Below, in pieces: positions 38,676 through 49,122 of a stretch of DNA of 64,000 nt (its first letter is position 1; every line of letters starts with the position of its first letter). Where the stretch lies: the NCBI GenBank assembly GCA_903838035.1, contig CAILWW010000096.1:14280-78279 (forward strand), written 5' to 3'. Both the position numbers and the translations under genes were made by a program. The notes beneath the pieces were generated by a model, which searched no databases, was not told where the DNA came from, and saw nothing but the letters and a program-made list of their open reading frames with translations. This DNA is from an uncultured Actinomycetes bacterium (GTDB taxonomy: Bacteria; Actinomycetota; Actinomycetes; Nanopelagicales; Nanopelagicaceae).

Positions 38676-41600
38676 ATGAAATCTTTTACCCATCTTCGCG
38701 TTGCTAGTGGCTACTCATTTAAATATGGCACCGCGCATCCCCACCAACTTGTTGCACGCGCAGCTGAATTTGGAATGAAATCTTTAGCCCTTACTGATCG
38801 CGATGGAATGGCTGGCGCGATTCGATTTACGCAAGAGTGTGAATCTGCAGGTATCACTCCAATCCTGGGTGTGAACCTCAGCTTTCTGCAGAAGAAATTT
38901 CGTATCACTCTGCTAGCTCAACAAGGGCATCTTGACTCGCTCTATCAACTTCTCACCGCAATTAAAATGAATAGCGAAGAGAGCATCTTGACCCATGAAA
39001 TCCTTGAACGCTTTGCTATCTATTCTCGTAATGTATTAATTGCCCATGGCCCACTCTCACCGCTTGGCGATGCAATTGCTCACCGCCGACCTGCCCAAGC
39101 TCTCTCTATCTATAACTCCACCCGCGAACTCTTTGCCGAGAGCGCTATTGAATGTATCTCTCATCAAGCCAGAGATGGCTCGCCCTACTCCACAAGTTTT
39201 GCTGGACGGGCACTTGCCTTTGCTCGTGATAATAATCTTCCAGCAATACTTACCAATGCAGTTCGCATGCTTGATCGCAGCGATGGCCCTGTTGCAGATG
39301 TGCTCGATGCTGCGCGCAACTTGCTTCCACTGCATCCAAAAAATATTGAACGAACCAATAGCGAGGCCTATCTAAAAGATGGCTCCGCAATGCACCGAAT
39401 TGCGGACGAGGTTGCTCGCGCGGCAGGGGAGCGCGGCGGACGAGCTCTGCTTGCAACCACAGCGGCTTGGGCAGAGCGTTGCGCGCTCTCACCGCGAAGA
39501 GATGTCGGCATCGGCGAGATTCACCTCCCCGAACCTTCTGTCGTCGGGGCATCGAATACGGCTGAGCTCTCACAGATATTGCGGGCACGATGTGAAGCAG
39601 GTCTGGCAAAGAAGTATTCCGGATCAATATCGGTAAAGGCGCAAGAGCGTTTAGAAGATGAACTCGCGACCATCTCCGCTTTAGGTTTCGGTTCCTACTT
39701 TCTTACCGTTGCAGACATTACCGATATGGCTAGAGCTCGCGGGATTCGGGTTGCCGCACGAGGCAGCGGTGCTGGGTCGCTGATCTGCCATGTACTTGGC
39801 ATCTCTGGCGTCGAACCGCTCTCGCAAGATTTACTTATGGAGCGTTTCTGTTCAACTCTGCGGGGCGAGCTTCCCGATATTGATATCGATGTGGAATCAG
39901 CTCGCCGACTAGAAATATACGATGCAATCTTTGAGCGCTATGGTGATTCAGATTGGAGCAAGCCCGGCAACGCTTCTAGATGTGCCACCGTATCTATGGT
40001 CGAAACCTACCGGGCGCGCCATGCAATCAGAGATGTTGGCGCGGCACTAGGGATCGCCCCTATGGAGATTGATCTGATTGCCAAATCACTTCCTCATATT
40101 CGCGCAAAAAATATTGGTACGGCTTTAGCTAATCTTCCCGAACTCAAATCGTTGAAGCTTGATACTCCAATTTTACAGATGGCAATTGAACTTGCCGCGA
40201 AGCTAGATGGACTTCCGCGCCATCTCTCCATGCATCCCTGCGCCATCGCTCTCTCCGATATTGGGCTACGCGACCACTCACCCATCATGCAGAGCGCCAG
40301 CGGTTATCCCATGCTCGAGTGGGATAAGGATGATGTCGAAGCAATCGGCTTGCTGAAGTTAGATGTCTTAGGCGTTCGTATGCAATCGGCAATCTCTTTT
40401 GCTTTAGCTGAAGTCGAGCGCGTTGAAGGAGAGGAGATAGATATCGATGCCATCCCGCTCGATGATCACCTCACCTTTGACCTTATTAAATCAACTCGAA
40501 CTCTAGGTATATTTCAAATTGAAAGTCCGGGCCAACGTGAACTTGTCGGCAAAATGGCTCCAGCTACTTTTACCGATTTAATTATTGATATCTCCCTCTT
40601 TCGCCCAGGCCCCGTCAAAAGCGACATGATCACTCCCTTTCTTAACTTTCGACAGGGCTTGCAGAGCCGCCCCCAGATTCATCCCGACCTTGAAGAAATT
40701 TTGAGTCAAACCCAAGGCGTTGTTGTATTCCACGAACAAGTCATTCGCATCATTGCTTGCTTAACTGGCTGCACGCTGGCAGAGGCAGATGAGAGTAGGC
40801 GCCTGCTCGGAAGTATTGAAGGGCAACAAGAGGTCTGCGATTGGTTCTTCGCCGCGGCAATAGCCAATGGCTATGAGCAATTAGTCGTGGAGCGAGTCTG
40901 GGATATTTTGCGATCCTTTGCTTCATTTGGTTTCTGCAAAGCTCATGCTGCTGCCTTTGCGCTGCCTACTTATCAATCGGCCTGGCTCAAGACGCATCAC
41001 ACCGCCGCCTTTCTTGCTGGCGTGATGACTCACGACCCAGGAATGTATCCCAAGCGATTAATCGCAGATGAGGCAAAGCAATGGGGAATCACTCTTGCGC
41101 CTTTGGATATCAATCTTTCAGATCGAGTTCATCGCGTAGAACGAACTAATCTTCCCGGCCGCACTCCAATTTCTGCGCCAAATGTTTTAAGTAGCGGCGC
41201 ATCGCTGCAATTGCCGGATGCGAGAGGTTATGCCATCCGACTTTCGCTCATGGATGTCGCCGCCATTAGCGAGCGAGAGGTGGAAGCAATTATCGCTGGC
41301 CGGCCTTATGTGGATCTGGCAGACTTTGTCTATCGCGGAGGTACCTCCAGACCCGTTACTGAATCACTGATCATGGTCGGGGCATTTGATCAACTACATC
41401 AACTAGATAACAGTGAATTAAACCGTAGAGATTTATTACTGCATCTCCATGATCTATATCGCTCGCATGGAATCCCCAAAAGTTCTGGCTCTGCGCAAAT
41501 GTTGCTCGAACTTACTCCGCCTAAACTCGCTTCGAGTGGACTTCCTGACCTGACGCCCAGGGAAGAGGTTGCGCACGAGATAGCGATATTAAATATGGAT

Positions 41601-41990
41601 ATCTCTCACCACATGCTCGAGTTTTACGGAGATTTTCTCAATCATCTTGGAGCCATCAAATCATCTGATCTTATTAAAGCTCGTGCTGGCTCAACAGTTC
41701 TTGTTGCTGGCGTTAAGGTCGCTTTGCAAACTCCTCCGGTGCGCTCCGGTAGAAGAGTGATGTTTCTTAGCATTGATGATGGCTATGGTTGCAGTGATGT
41801 GACCTTCTTTGAAGATGTGCAAAATAGTTATGCATCACTTCTCCGCTCATCCTCACTCTTTCTCGTGCAAGGAGTACTTCGCAGAACCGGTCCACGCGGA
41901 GTCTCGCTTCGCGCCACGGCGGCGTGGGAACTAGCAGAGTCCTACGAGAAGTGGCGTAATCTCGGCGTAATGGAGAAAGGGTTGGCATGA
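38676..41990 (+). CDS. dnaE2: Error-prone DNA polymerase III alpha (DnaE2)
   Basis: PHP domain (H..SGYSF, ALTDRDG), RGSGAGS, catalytic PDIDID, KLDVLG, FGFCKAHAAAF and C-terminal OB fold; SOS box upstream. Confidence 0.92.
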   Translation: MKSFTHLRVASGYSFKYGTAHPHQLVARAAEFGMKSLALTDRDGMAGAIRFTQECESAGITPILGVNLSFLQKKFRITLLAQQGHLDSLYQLLTAIKMNSEESILTHEILERFAIYSRNVLIAHGPLSPLGDAIAHRRPAQALSIYNSTRELFAESAIECISHQARDGSPYSTSFAGRALAFARDNNLPAILTNAVRMLDRSDGPVADVLDAARNLLPLHPKNIERTNSEAYLKDGSAMHRIADEVARAAGERGGRALLATTAAWAERCALSPRRDVGIGEIHLPEPSVVGASNTAELSQILRARCEAGLAKKYSGSISVKAQERLEDELATISALGFGSYFLTVADITDMARARGIRVAARGSGAGSLICHVLGISGVEPLSQDLLMERFCSTLRGELPDIDIDVESARRLEIYDAIFERYGDSDWSKPGNASRCATVSMVETYRARHAIRDVGAALGIAPMEIDLIAKSLPHIRAKNIGTALANLPELKSLKLDTPILQMAIELAAKLDGLPRHLSMHPCAIALSDIGLRDHSPIMQSASGYPMLEWDKDDVEAIGLLKLDVLGVRMQSAISFALAEVERVEGEEIDIDAIPLDDHLTFDLIKSTRTLGIFQIESPGQRELVGKMAPATFTDLIIDISLFRPGPVKSDMITPFLNFRQGLQSRPQIHPDLEEILSQTQGVVVFHEQVIRIIACLTGCTLAEADESRRLLGSIEGQQEVCDWFFAAAIANGYEQLVVERVWDILRSFASFGFCKAHAAAFALPTYQSAWLKTHHTAAFLAGVMTHDPGMYPKRLIADEAKQWGITLAPLDINLSDRVHRVERTNLPGRTPISAPNVLSSGASLQLPDARGYAIRLSLMDVAAISEREVEAIIAGRPYVDLADFVYRGGTSRPVTESLIMVGAFDQLHQLDNSELNRRDLLLHLHDLYRSHGIPKSSGSAQMLLELTPPKLASSGLPDLTPREEVAHEIAILNMDISHHMLEFYGDFLNHLGAIKSSDLIKARAGSTVLVAGVKVALQTPPVRSGRRVMFLSIDDGYGCSDVTFFEDVQNSYASLLRSSSLFLVQGVLRRTGPRGVSLRATAAWELAESYEKWRNLGVMEKGLA

Positions 41991-43195
41991 GCGAAGAACT
42001 CTCGACCATTCTCCATGTAGATATGGATGCCTTCTATGCATCTGTTGCTGAAAAAGATAACCCTGAATTACGTGGCAAAGCGCTAGTGGTTGGAGCAGGG
42101 GCGCGTGGAGTTGTTCTCTCCGCAAACTATGAAGCCCGCAAATTCGGAATTCGCGCCGCCATGCCAGTAGGCCGCGCGCAGCGAATGGCGCCTCATGCCA
42201 TCTTCGTTCCACCCAATCATCATAGATATAGCGAAGTCTCCGAGAAGGTCATGGAGATATTTCGTTCGGTCTCACCATTAGTCGAGCCGCTCTCGCTAGA
42301 TGAGGCATTTATCGATGTCACAGGAGCTAAACGGTTACTCGGTACTGGATGGGAGATAGCACAGAAGATTCGAAAAGATGTCTATGCCAGCCAAGGAATA
42401 ACTTGTTCAGTCGGAATCGCAACCACAAAATTTATCGCCAAGCTTGCCTCTGATAAATGTAAACCAAATGGAATTATGGAGGTTGATCAGGAGCGAGTTC
42501 TAGAATTTTTACATCCACTACCCGTCTCGGCGATCTGGGGAGTTGGACCTAAAACAAATGAAGAGTTAGCGAAACTTGGCCTACGTACTGTTGAGGATAT
42601 TGCAACAACTCCGCTGACGACTCTCATTCGCGCACTTGGCGAGGCGAGCGCTAAACACTTATACGAACTCTCATGGGGCCGTGACTATCGAGATGTAATT
42701 CCGGATGAACCAGATAAGAGCATCAGCAACGCGGAAACTTTTGCCAGCGATATCGAAGATAGAGATGAAATTCTTCGAGAGTTATTGCGCTTGACCGAGA
42801 AGGCGACCTATCGCGCACGTGAAAAAAATAAAAGTGCCCGAACTATCTCTATAAAAGTGCGCTTCGCGGATTTCAAAACTATCTCTCGCTCAAAGACCTT
42901 GCCCCTACCCATCAGCGGAACGCAAGAGGTTTACGAAGTTGTGAAATCGCTCTACCTAGCGCTAAAAATCGATGGTGCTCGAATTCGCTTGGTGGGAGTC
43001 GGGCTAGATGGGTTGGCCGATGGGATCGATGGCCCTGAGCAGCTGGCCTTTGGCGAACGGGAGAAGGGCTGGCGGGAGGCGATTAAGGCAGTCGACCAAG
43101 CCTCAACCCGCTTTGGACATGGCTCGGTAAGGCCAGCAACTCTGATTTCCACTTCCGAGGAGGGCCCAAAGCGAAGTGGAGATGCACAAAAGTAG
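41987..43195 (+). CDS. dinB: DNA polymerase IV (Y family)
   Basis: HVDMDAFYASV, SANYEARKFG, SLDEAF, AKLASD..KPNG, RLVGV; C-terminal QLAF clamp-binding-like motif. Confidence 0.94.
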   Translation: MSEELSTILHVDMDAFYASVAEKDNPELRGKALVVGAGARGVVLSANYEARKFGIRAAMPVGRAQRMAPHAIFVPPNHHRYSEVSEKVMEIFRSVSPLVEPLSLDEAFIDVTGAKRLLGTGWEIAQKIRKDVYASQGITCSVGIATTKFIAKLASDKCKPNGIMEVDQERVLEFLHPLPVSAIWGVGPKTNEELAKLGLRTVEDIATTPLTTLIRALGEASAKHLYELSWGRDYRDVIPDEPDKSISNAETFASDIEDRDEILRELLRLTEKATYRAREKNKSARTISIKVRFADFKTISRSKTLPLPISGTQEVYEVVKSLYLALKIDGARIRLVGVGLDGLADGIDGPEQLAFGEREKGWREAIKAVDQASTRFGHGSVRPATLISTSEEGPKRSGDAQK

Positions 43196-43218
43196 CATTC
43201 TGCTCTATTGTTCTATTT

Positions 43219-43596
43219 GTGCCACTCTCCGATCATGAAAAGCGCCTTTTGGCCGAGATGGAGGCCGCCCTCGAGAGCGAAGATCCGCGCCTAGTCTCAA
43301 CAATGACCGGCATGAGCGGGAAAGTTCGAACTCCTCGCGCAGGTCGGGTATTAAAAGGAGCGCTCCTTGCGCTCGGCGGGCTCGCCCTCTTGCTCGCGGG
43401 GCTCATCGCAAAGTTGGTAATCGTTGGCATAGCTGGTTTTCTGGTCGCCCTCACGGGCCTGGTGTTAGTTTTCTCAAATTTAGGTGGCGGCCAATCCACT
43501 TCACTCCGCAAAGGGGCCCAAAAATCTGGTCCGAATAAGCCCAAGTGGAGCGATCGCTTGGAAGAGCGCTGGGAGCGCCGTAATTTCGATCAATAA
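43219..43596 (+). CDS. DUF3040 membrane protein
   Basis: MPLSDHEKRLL.EME.AL..EDP, two TM segments and C-terminal RLEERWERR; the usual gene upstream of mraZ in Actinobacteria. Confidence 0.88.
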   Translation: MPLSDHEKRLLAEMEAALESEDPRLVSTMTGMSGKVRTPRAGRVLKGALLALGGLALLLAGLIAKLVIVGIAGFLVALTGLVLVFSNLGGGQSTSLRKGAQKSGPNKPKWSDRLEERWERRNFDQ

Positions 43597-43613
43597 TTAA
43601 CTCAGATTTTCGC

Positions 43614-43644
43614 AAAGCCACCCAATAAATCGGGTGGCTTTTTT
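43614..43644 (+). terminator. Intrinsic terminator after DUF3040
   Basis: AAAGCCACCC-AATAAATC-GGGTGGCTTT stem followed by TTT. Confidence 0.8.
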
Positions 43645-43675
43645 CATTTGCCGGTTTATTAAAAGCAAAAGATTG

Positions 43676-43760
43676 AGTGGGGCCAATAGGGGGAGAAGGG
43701 GAAAATAGTGGGAAAAAGGGGTGCGAAATGGAGTAAAGTGGTGTAAAGTGGTGGAACTGG
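43676..43760 (+). repeat. MraZ operator array (10-bp periodic A-A-G-T/G-G-G repeats)
   Basis: tagggg/aagggg/tagtgg/aagggg/aaatgg/aagtgg/aagtgg units at about 10-bp spacing upstream of mraZ; they resemble known GTGG(G) MraZ boxes. Confidence 0.75.
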
Positions 43761-43817
43761 CTGAATTTCACGCGTGGAGCGTGGAGTTTGAGCTTAAAAA
43801 TGGGGGAGGTGGCGCAG

Positions 43818-44249
43818 ATGTTTCTCGGCACCCATGAACCCAAACTCGATGAAAAAGGGCGCATTATCTTGCCGGCCCGATTCCGCGAAGAGCTCTCCAA
43901 TGGCCTGGTTGTCACCAAGGGGCAAGAGCGATGCCTCTACGTATTTCCGAGCAGCGAGTTCACCGCCATCACCGAACGCCTACGAGGCGCACCTGTTACC
44001 GAAAAAGCAGCTCGCGACTACATGCGCGTGATGTTTGCCGGAGCGCATGATGAAGTTCCCGACAAGCAAGGCCGCGTGACTATTCCATCTGGTCTTCGCA
44101 CATATGCAGGTCTAGAAAAAGATTGCGTTGTTATTGGCGCAAATACCCGTCTGGAGATTTGGGATTCCGCCTCTTGGGATTCATATCTGGCAGATCGGGA
44201 AAAGAGTTTCTCCGACGTCTCTTCGGAGGTGCTACCCGGTCTCTTTTGA
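43818..44249 (+). CDS. mraZ: Transcriptional regulator MraZ
   Basis: [17 protein letters not shown] and DKQGRV.IP repeats, LEIW. Confidence 0.96.
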   Translation: MFLGTHEPKLDEKGRIILPARFREELSNGLVVTKGQERCLYVFPSSEFTAITERLRGAPVTEKAARDYMRVMFAGAHDEVPDKQGRVTIPSGLRTYAGLEKDCVVIGANTRLEIWDSASWDSYLADREKSFSDVSSEVLPGLF

Positions 44250-44263
44250 GCCTCTTTTAAAAA

Positions 44264-44360
44264 TCTCTCTGTTGTGGCCACCGCCGACCCAATAACGACG
44301 CCCCTTCCCCGGCGCCGTTACCCCAAGATCCGTCGGCCGGCGGTGACCAGAGTAGAGAGA
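44264..44360 (+). ncRNA. mraW RNA motif
   Basis: Long GC-rich hairpin between mraZ and rsmH (TCTCTCT...AGAGAGA base, CACCGCCG/CGGCGGTG) topped by the conserved CUUCCCC loop. Confidence 0.8.
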
Positions 44361-44406
44361 AAGTAAAAATAATTTCGTCGCGTTAGTTCAATAAAAAAGC
44401 AAGAGA

Positions 44407-45366
44407 GTGAAGGGGGAGAAGTTGCAACTACATATACCTGTAGCACTTGATCGTTGCATCGCTCTGCTCACCCCTGCGCTTGCAAGAAACTCAGAGCCAA
44501 TTCTTATCGATGCAACGCTAGGAATGGGTGGACACACCAAAGCACTCTTAGAGAGCTTCCCCTCTTTAAGAGTCATCGCCTTTGATCGAGATACTTCAGC
44601 AATTGCAGTGGCAAAAGAGACGCTGGGAGATTTATCTAATCGCGTCACAATTATTCATGCAGTTTATGACCAGATAGCAAGCACGCTAGAAGAGTTAAGT
44701 GTTACCTCAGTCGATGGAGTTCTCTTCGATCTCGGCGTCTCCTCCATGCAACTTGATGAAGCAGAGCGTGGTTTTGCCTACTCACAAGAGGCGCCACTTG
44801 ATATGCGCATGGACCAGAGCACTGGAAGTAGTGCATTGGATATTCTCAACTCTTACTCGCGCTCTGATCTCATCCAAGTTATTAGAACTTACGGAGAAGA
44901 GAAATTTGCTCCTCGAATTGTGGATAACATCATTGTTGCTCGTGAAAGTGGACGGTTAAAGAGCACTAAAGATTTAGCAGAGATAGTTAAAGAGAGCATT
45001 CCTGCACCAGCTCGTCGAACCGGTGGAAATCCAGCAAAGCGAACATTCCAAGCCCTTCGCATCGAAGTAAATCAAGAACTTGAAGTCCTCGAGCGCGCAC
45101 TGCCGCAAGCGCTCAACGCATTATCTGTTGGCGGTCGAATAGTCGTAATGGCATATCAATCGCTCGAAGATAAAATCGTAAAGAAGGCATTTGCTGCTAT
45201 TACCCAGTCAGGAACTCCACTTGGTTTGCCGATAGATCTTCCAAATTCTGCGGCGAAGTTCAATTTTGTGCTGCGCGGAAGCGAGGGCGCAAGCGATGTT
45301 GAGATTGCGGCTAACTCACGCGCCGGCTCGATGCGGCTGCGTTGCGTGGAGAGAGTGGCTGCATAA
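44407..45366 (+). CDS. rsmH: 16S rRNA m4C1402 methyltransferase
   Basis: HIPV, DATLG.GGH, DLGVSSMQLD...RGF, LDMRM, FQALRIEVN.EL. Confidence 0.96.
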   Translation: MKGEKLQLHIPVALDRCIALLTPALARNSEPILIDATLGMGGHTKALLESFPSLRVIAFDRDTSAIAVAKETLGDLSNRVTIIHAVYDQIASTLEELSVTSVDGVLFDLGVSSMQLDEAERGFAYSQEAPLDMRMDQSTGSSALDILNSYSRSDLIQVIRTYGEEKFAPRIVDNIIVARESGRLKSTKDLAEIVKESIPAPARRTGGNPAKRTFQALRIEVNQELEVLERALPQALNALSVGGRIVVMAYQSLEDKIVKKAFAAITQSGTPLGLPIDLPNSAAKFNFVLRGSEGASDVEIAANSRAGSMRLRCVERVAA

Positions 45367-45818
45367 TGGCAATAACTACGCTCCCTCCGCTGGATACTAA
45401 ACCGCTATTAGTTCCAGTTCGCCCAAAACCAAAGGTCGTCAATCGCGGCGCAAAGGTTTTCTTGCGACTCTTGCCAGACCTCAAAGCCGAAGAAGGAAAT
45501 CGTACGAGTTCGCGCGGCTTCATTCTCATTCTGGCCGCAATTGTTCTCTTCAACGTCCTTGCACTTTTAGCAATTAATACCTTTATGGCGCAAGATGCAT
45601 TTGTTTTAGAGCGACTCAAAGTTGCCACCAATGCCACCAATGATCAGCGCGATGCCTACCTTCGAATGGCAGAGCAAAAAGCCTCTCCAGATTATCTGGC
45701 GGCTACTGCCGCAAAGTTGGGAATGGTTCCGGCTACGACCATTAAGTATCTAGACCTAAATGCAACGCCTGCAAGCGTGCCAACTATCGGAACTCTCGTC
45801 GTGAATCCAGGCAAGTAG
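45366..45818 (+). CDS. ftsL: FtsL-like cell division protein
   Basis: One TM segment plus a coiled coil ending in LA..A.KLGMVP; lies between rsmH and ftsI. Confidence 0.7.
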   Translation: MAITTLPPLDTKPLLVPVRPKPKVVNRGAKVFLRLLPDLKAEEGNRTSSRGFILILAAIVLFNVLALLAINTFMAQDAFVLERLKVATNATNDQRDAYLRMAEQKASPDYLAATAAKLGMVPATTIKYLDLNATPASVPTIGTLVVNPGK

Positions 45819-47638
45819 TGAGCTCGCAAAATATATATCAGCGCAGAATTCGCACTCTGCTTGGTCTTACCTTTGCTTTGATTCTGGTCCTTGCCTTCAG
45901 ATTGATTCAAGTTCAAGCGGTGGATGCCGCTTCAATTAGCAAGCGTGCCGCAAGTGAATTAATGAATACATCAGTCTTATTGGCACCTCGAGGCGAGATC
46001 ACTGATGTAAACGGAATTCCACTTGCCCGAAGCGTTGCCGCATTTAATATTGTCATCGATCAAACGATGATTACCGATCCGGCAAAGGCCGCGGAGTTAA
46101 CTTCGCCAGTGCTTGGAATGGCTACGACTGATCTCATACCTCTCTATACCGGAATCAAGCGCTATCAAATTATCGAAAAGAACGTTTCGCCAGCGGTGTG
46201 GAGAAATCTTCAAACTACGCTAGCGGATTACAACACCTCGGTCTTAAAAGAGCGTGGGGGATTAGCAAAACGTATCGTGGGATTCTTCTCTGAGCGTGAA
46301 TACATCCGACAGTACCCAACAGGAAAACTTTCTGCTTCGCTGATTGGAATAATTAATGCCCAAGGAGTGGGAGCTGCGGGAATTGAAAGTAGTCTTAATT
46401 CTAAATTGCAAGGCATTAATGGCATCTACCAATATGCAAACGGTGCCGGCACAATTATTCCAGGATCGGCAACAGTTCAAGTTGCGGCAAAGGCTGGAAC
46501 CGGAATTCGGCTGACTATCGATAGAGATATCCAATGGGTGGCCCAAGATGCAATCTCGCAGGCAGTTAAAAGTGCCCAGGCGAAATCTGGAACTGTGATT
46601 GTCATGGATCCAAAAACTGGCGAGATTTTGGCGCAAGCTAGCGCCCCAACATTTAATCCATCCGATCCAAAGACCATTACTCAAGAAAGCCTTCGCAATC
46701 CGGCAGTCCAAGATGTTTACGAACCGGGTTCGACCGGAAAGGTAATCACGCTATCTGCCGCGATTAATGAGAAGAAAGTGGAGCCCAATACGGTCTTCAC
46801 CATTCCTTACCAATATAAAGTTGGAATCTCCACCTTCCACGATGCTGAACATCATGGGACTGAGCGCCTTACGACTTCTGGAATTCTCGCGCAGTCGAGC
46901 AATGTTGGCGCTATTCAAATTGGCGCAACTATCGGCAGCAATACTTTGTATGACTATCTAAGAAAATTTGGAATTGGCAGCAGTACTGGTTCTGGTTTAC
47001 CAGGAGAGTCCGCCGGGCTTCTTCCCAGCGTAGACCAGTGGTCAGGATCGAGCGCGCCAACAATTGCCTTCGGACAGGGCTATTCAGTTACTGCCCTTCA
47101 AGCTACTAGCGTTATGGCGACGATTGCGAATGATGGTGTGCGCGTCACTCCAACAGTTATAGCGGGAACTACTGATAGCAGCGGAAATTACGCCCCAAGG
47201 GGAGATCAGCCCAAAGTGCGAGCTGTTGAAGCAGATACTGCCGCAAAGATTCGCACCATGCTGGAGAGCGTTGTCTCCGAACAAGGTACCGCTCCTGCTG
47301 CTGCTATCCCTGGCTATCGAGTAGCGGGAAAGACCGGCACCGCACAGCGCGCAGATTCGGTCTGTCACTGTTACAAAGGATATGTCTCTTCTTTTATCGG
47401 TTTCGCACCCGCCGATGCGCCGAAATATGTTGTCAGCGTGGTCATTCAAAATCCAGTAGGCCAACACTTCGGTGGAGTTATTGCTGGGCCAGTCTTTAAA
47501 AAGGTAATGACATTTGTCCTGCAATCACGCCACGTGGCGCCTACTGGCGGAAAGCCGGCTCCGATAGCCTTAACGGAGGCCGATCTTGCTGCACAAGCAC
47601 AGTCGCCCGCATTGAGTGTAAAGGTGAGCAAACCATGA
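45818..47638 (+). CDS. ftsI: Class B penicillin-binding protein FtsI
   Basis: RGEITD.NG, EPGSTGK (SxxK), SSN (SxN) and KTGT motifs. Confidence 0.95.
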   Translation: MSSQNIYQRRIRTLLGLTFALILVLAFRLIQVQAVDAASISKRAASELMNTSVLLAPRGEITDVNGIPLARSVAAFNIVIDQTMITDPAKAAELTSPVLGMATTDLIPLYTGIKRYQIIEKNVSPAVWRNLQTTLADYNTSVLKERGGLAKRIVGFFSEREYIRQYPTGKLSASLIGIINAQGVGAAGIESSLNSKLQGINGIYQYANGAGTIIPGSATVQVAAKAGTGIRLTIDRDIQWVAQDAISQAVKSAQAKSGTVIVMDPKTGEILAQASAPTFNPSDPKTITQESLRNPAVQDVYEPGSTGKVITLSAAINEKKVEPNTVFTIPYQYKVGISTFHDAEHHGTERLTTSGILAQSSNVGAIQIGATIGSNTLYDYLRKFGIGSSTGSGLPGESAGLLPSVDQWSGSSAPTIAFGQGYSVTALQATSVMATIANDGVRVTPTVIAGTTDSSGNYAPRGDQPKVRAVEADTAAKIRTMLESVVSEQGTAPAAAIPGYRVAGKTGTAQRADSVCHCYKGYVSSFIGFAPADAPKYVVSVVIQNPVGQHFGGVIAGPVFKKVMTFVLQSRHVAPTGGKPAPIALTEADLAAQAQSPALSVKVSKP

Positions 47639-49122
47639 GACCGATAAATTCACCAAGTCGAACTCTTGCGCAAATCCTTCGCTTTCTTGACCATTTAGAA
47701 GAGGCTCCCGAGCTTTCGATTAGTGGAATTACGAGCAATTCTCGAACGGTTATTCCCGGTGATTTATTTATAGCCCAAGCTGGCGTGACCCCCAACTCCA
47801 GGCACGGCGCCGAATTTGTGGATTCAGCAATTGCTGCTGGAGCAGTAGCGATAATAAGCGACGGCAAAGGCGAAATTAATAGCAATGTAATACCAATTTT
47901 TGAAGTTCCGGAGATCACTTCATTAATTGGTGATCTTACCTCGTGGTTCTATAACCACCCCTCCCGCGCTATGTACACAGTTGGAATCACTGGAACAAAC
48001 GGTAAGACAACGACAACTTCAATTCTCTATCAGCTCTGGAAATTAGGCGATAGAAGTGCCGCTGCGATCGGTACTTTAGGCACCGTCATCGACGATGAGC
48101 ACTATCTAGGCACTCACACAACTCCAGCTGCGGCAGAATTGCAAGAAAGTTTGGCTGCGATTGCCGAACGAGGCGTGACACATACAGTCATGGAGGTAAG
48201 TTCACATTCATTAGTTCAGCATCGAGTCAGTGGAACTCGCTTCTCGCTCGTCGGATTTAGCAATCTCAGCCAAGATCACTTGGATTTTCATGGTGATATG
48301 GAGCGTTATTTTCAAGCAAAGAAGAGACTTTTCACTTTAAATTACTCTGATAAAGCGTTGATAAATATTGACGATGAGCATGGTCTTCGCCTCAGTCAAG
48401 AGATATCCATCCCTTACAGCACTCTCTCGCGGTCAAATCCAAAGGCGCAATGGAGCTTTGCGCATTACCTTCCAACCTTGAGCGGATTTGAAGTCAGCAT
48501 CAGGGGAGAGGGTGGGATTCTCATTGAAGGTTTCTTGCCGCTTGTGGGCGAACATAATCTCGATAACGCTCTAATGGCGATTGCTTTCGCAGTGGAAAGT
48601 GGAATTGACCCCATGCTTATCGCATCGAGAATGCGTGAAATTCGCGCGGTTCCTGGTCGCATGGAGAGCGTGAATCTAGGTCAGGGCTTCACTGCGATTG
48701 TAGATTTCGCACATTCGCCAGATTCAGTTGAGAAGATTCTTCGCACTCTGAAGAAAAGCACAAGCGGACGGTTAATCGCAGTCCTTGGCTGTGGGGGAGA
48801 TAGAGATCGAAGCAAGCGTCCTCTTATGGGTAAATTGCTCTTTGAGATTGCAGATATTGCTATTTTCACCAGCGATAACCCGCGCAGTGAGAATCCGCAA
48901 GAGATTCTCAAAGAAATGACTGCTGGGTTGGAGCTAGATAAAAACTCTCGCATCGAAGTCGATCGCGCCGTTGCCATTGCACTCGCCGTTGAAAGCGCCG
49001 AAGCAGGCGATTGTGTAGTTGTATTGGGCAAAGGCCATGAAATCGGCCAGGAAATAGCTGGCGTGAAGCATCCATTCGATGATCGAATTGAGTTGGCAAT
49101 AGCAATCGAGGCAAAAAAGTGA
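47635..49122 (+). CDS. murE: UDP-MurNAc-tripeptide synthetase (DAP-type specificity motif)
   Basis: GITGTNGKTTT, EVSSH, DHLDFH, DFAH, GCGGDRD and DNPR motif. Confidence 0.95.
   Translation: MRPINSPSRTLAQILRFLDHLEEAPELSISGITSNSRTVIPGDLFIAQAGVTPNSRHGAEFVDSAIAAGAVAIISDGKGEINSNVIPIFEVPEITSLIGDLTSWFYNHPSRAMYTVGITGTNGKTTTTSILYQLWKLGDRSAAAIGTLGTVIDDEHYLGTHTTPAAAELQESLAAIAERGVTHTVMEVSSHSLVQHRVSGTRFSLVGFSNLSQDHLDFHGDMERYFQAKKRLFTLNYSDKALINIDDEHGLRLSQEISIPYSTLSRSNPKAQWSFAHYLPTLSGFEVSIRGEGGILIEGFLPLVGEHNLDNALMAIAFAVESGIDPMLIASRMREIRAVPGRMESVNLGQGFTAIVDFAHSPDSVEKILRTLKKSTSGRLIAVLGCGGDRDRSKRPLMGKLLFEIADIAIFTSDNPRSENPQEILKEMTAGLELDKNSRIEVDRAVAIALAVESAEAGDCVVVLGKGHEIGQEIAGVKHPFDDRIELAIAIEAKK

Noticed and set aside
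43676-43760. Repeat tract considered as a CRISPR array or microsatellite
   Set aside because: Units are 10 bp, degenerate and have no spacers, and there are no cas genes; MraZ boxes explain it better.
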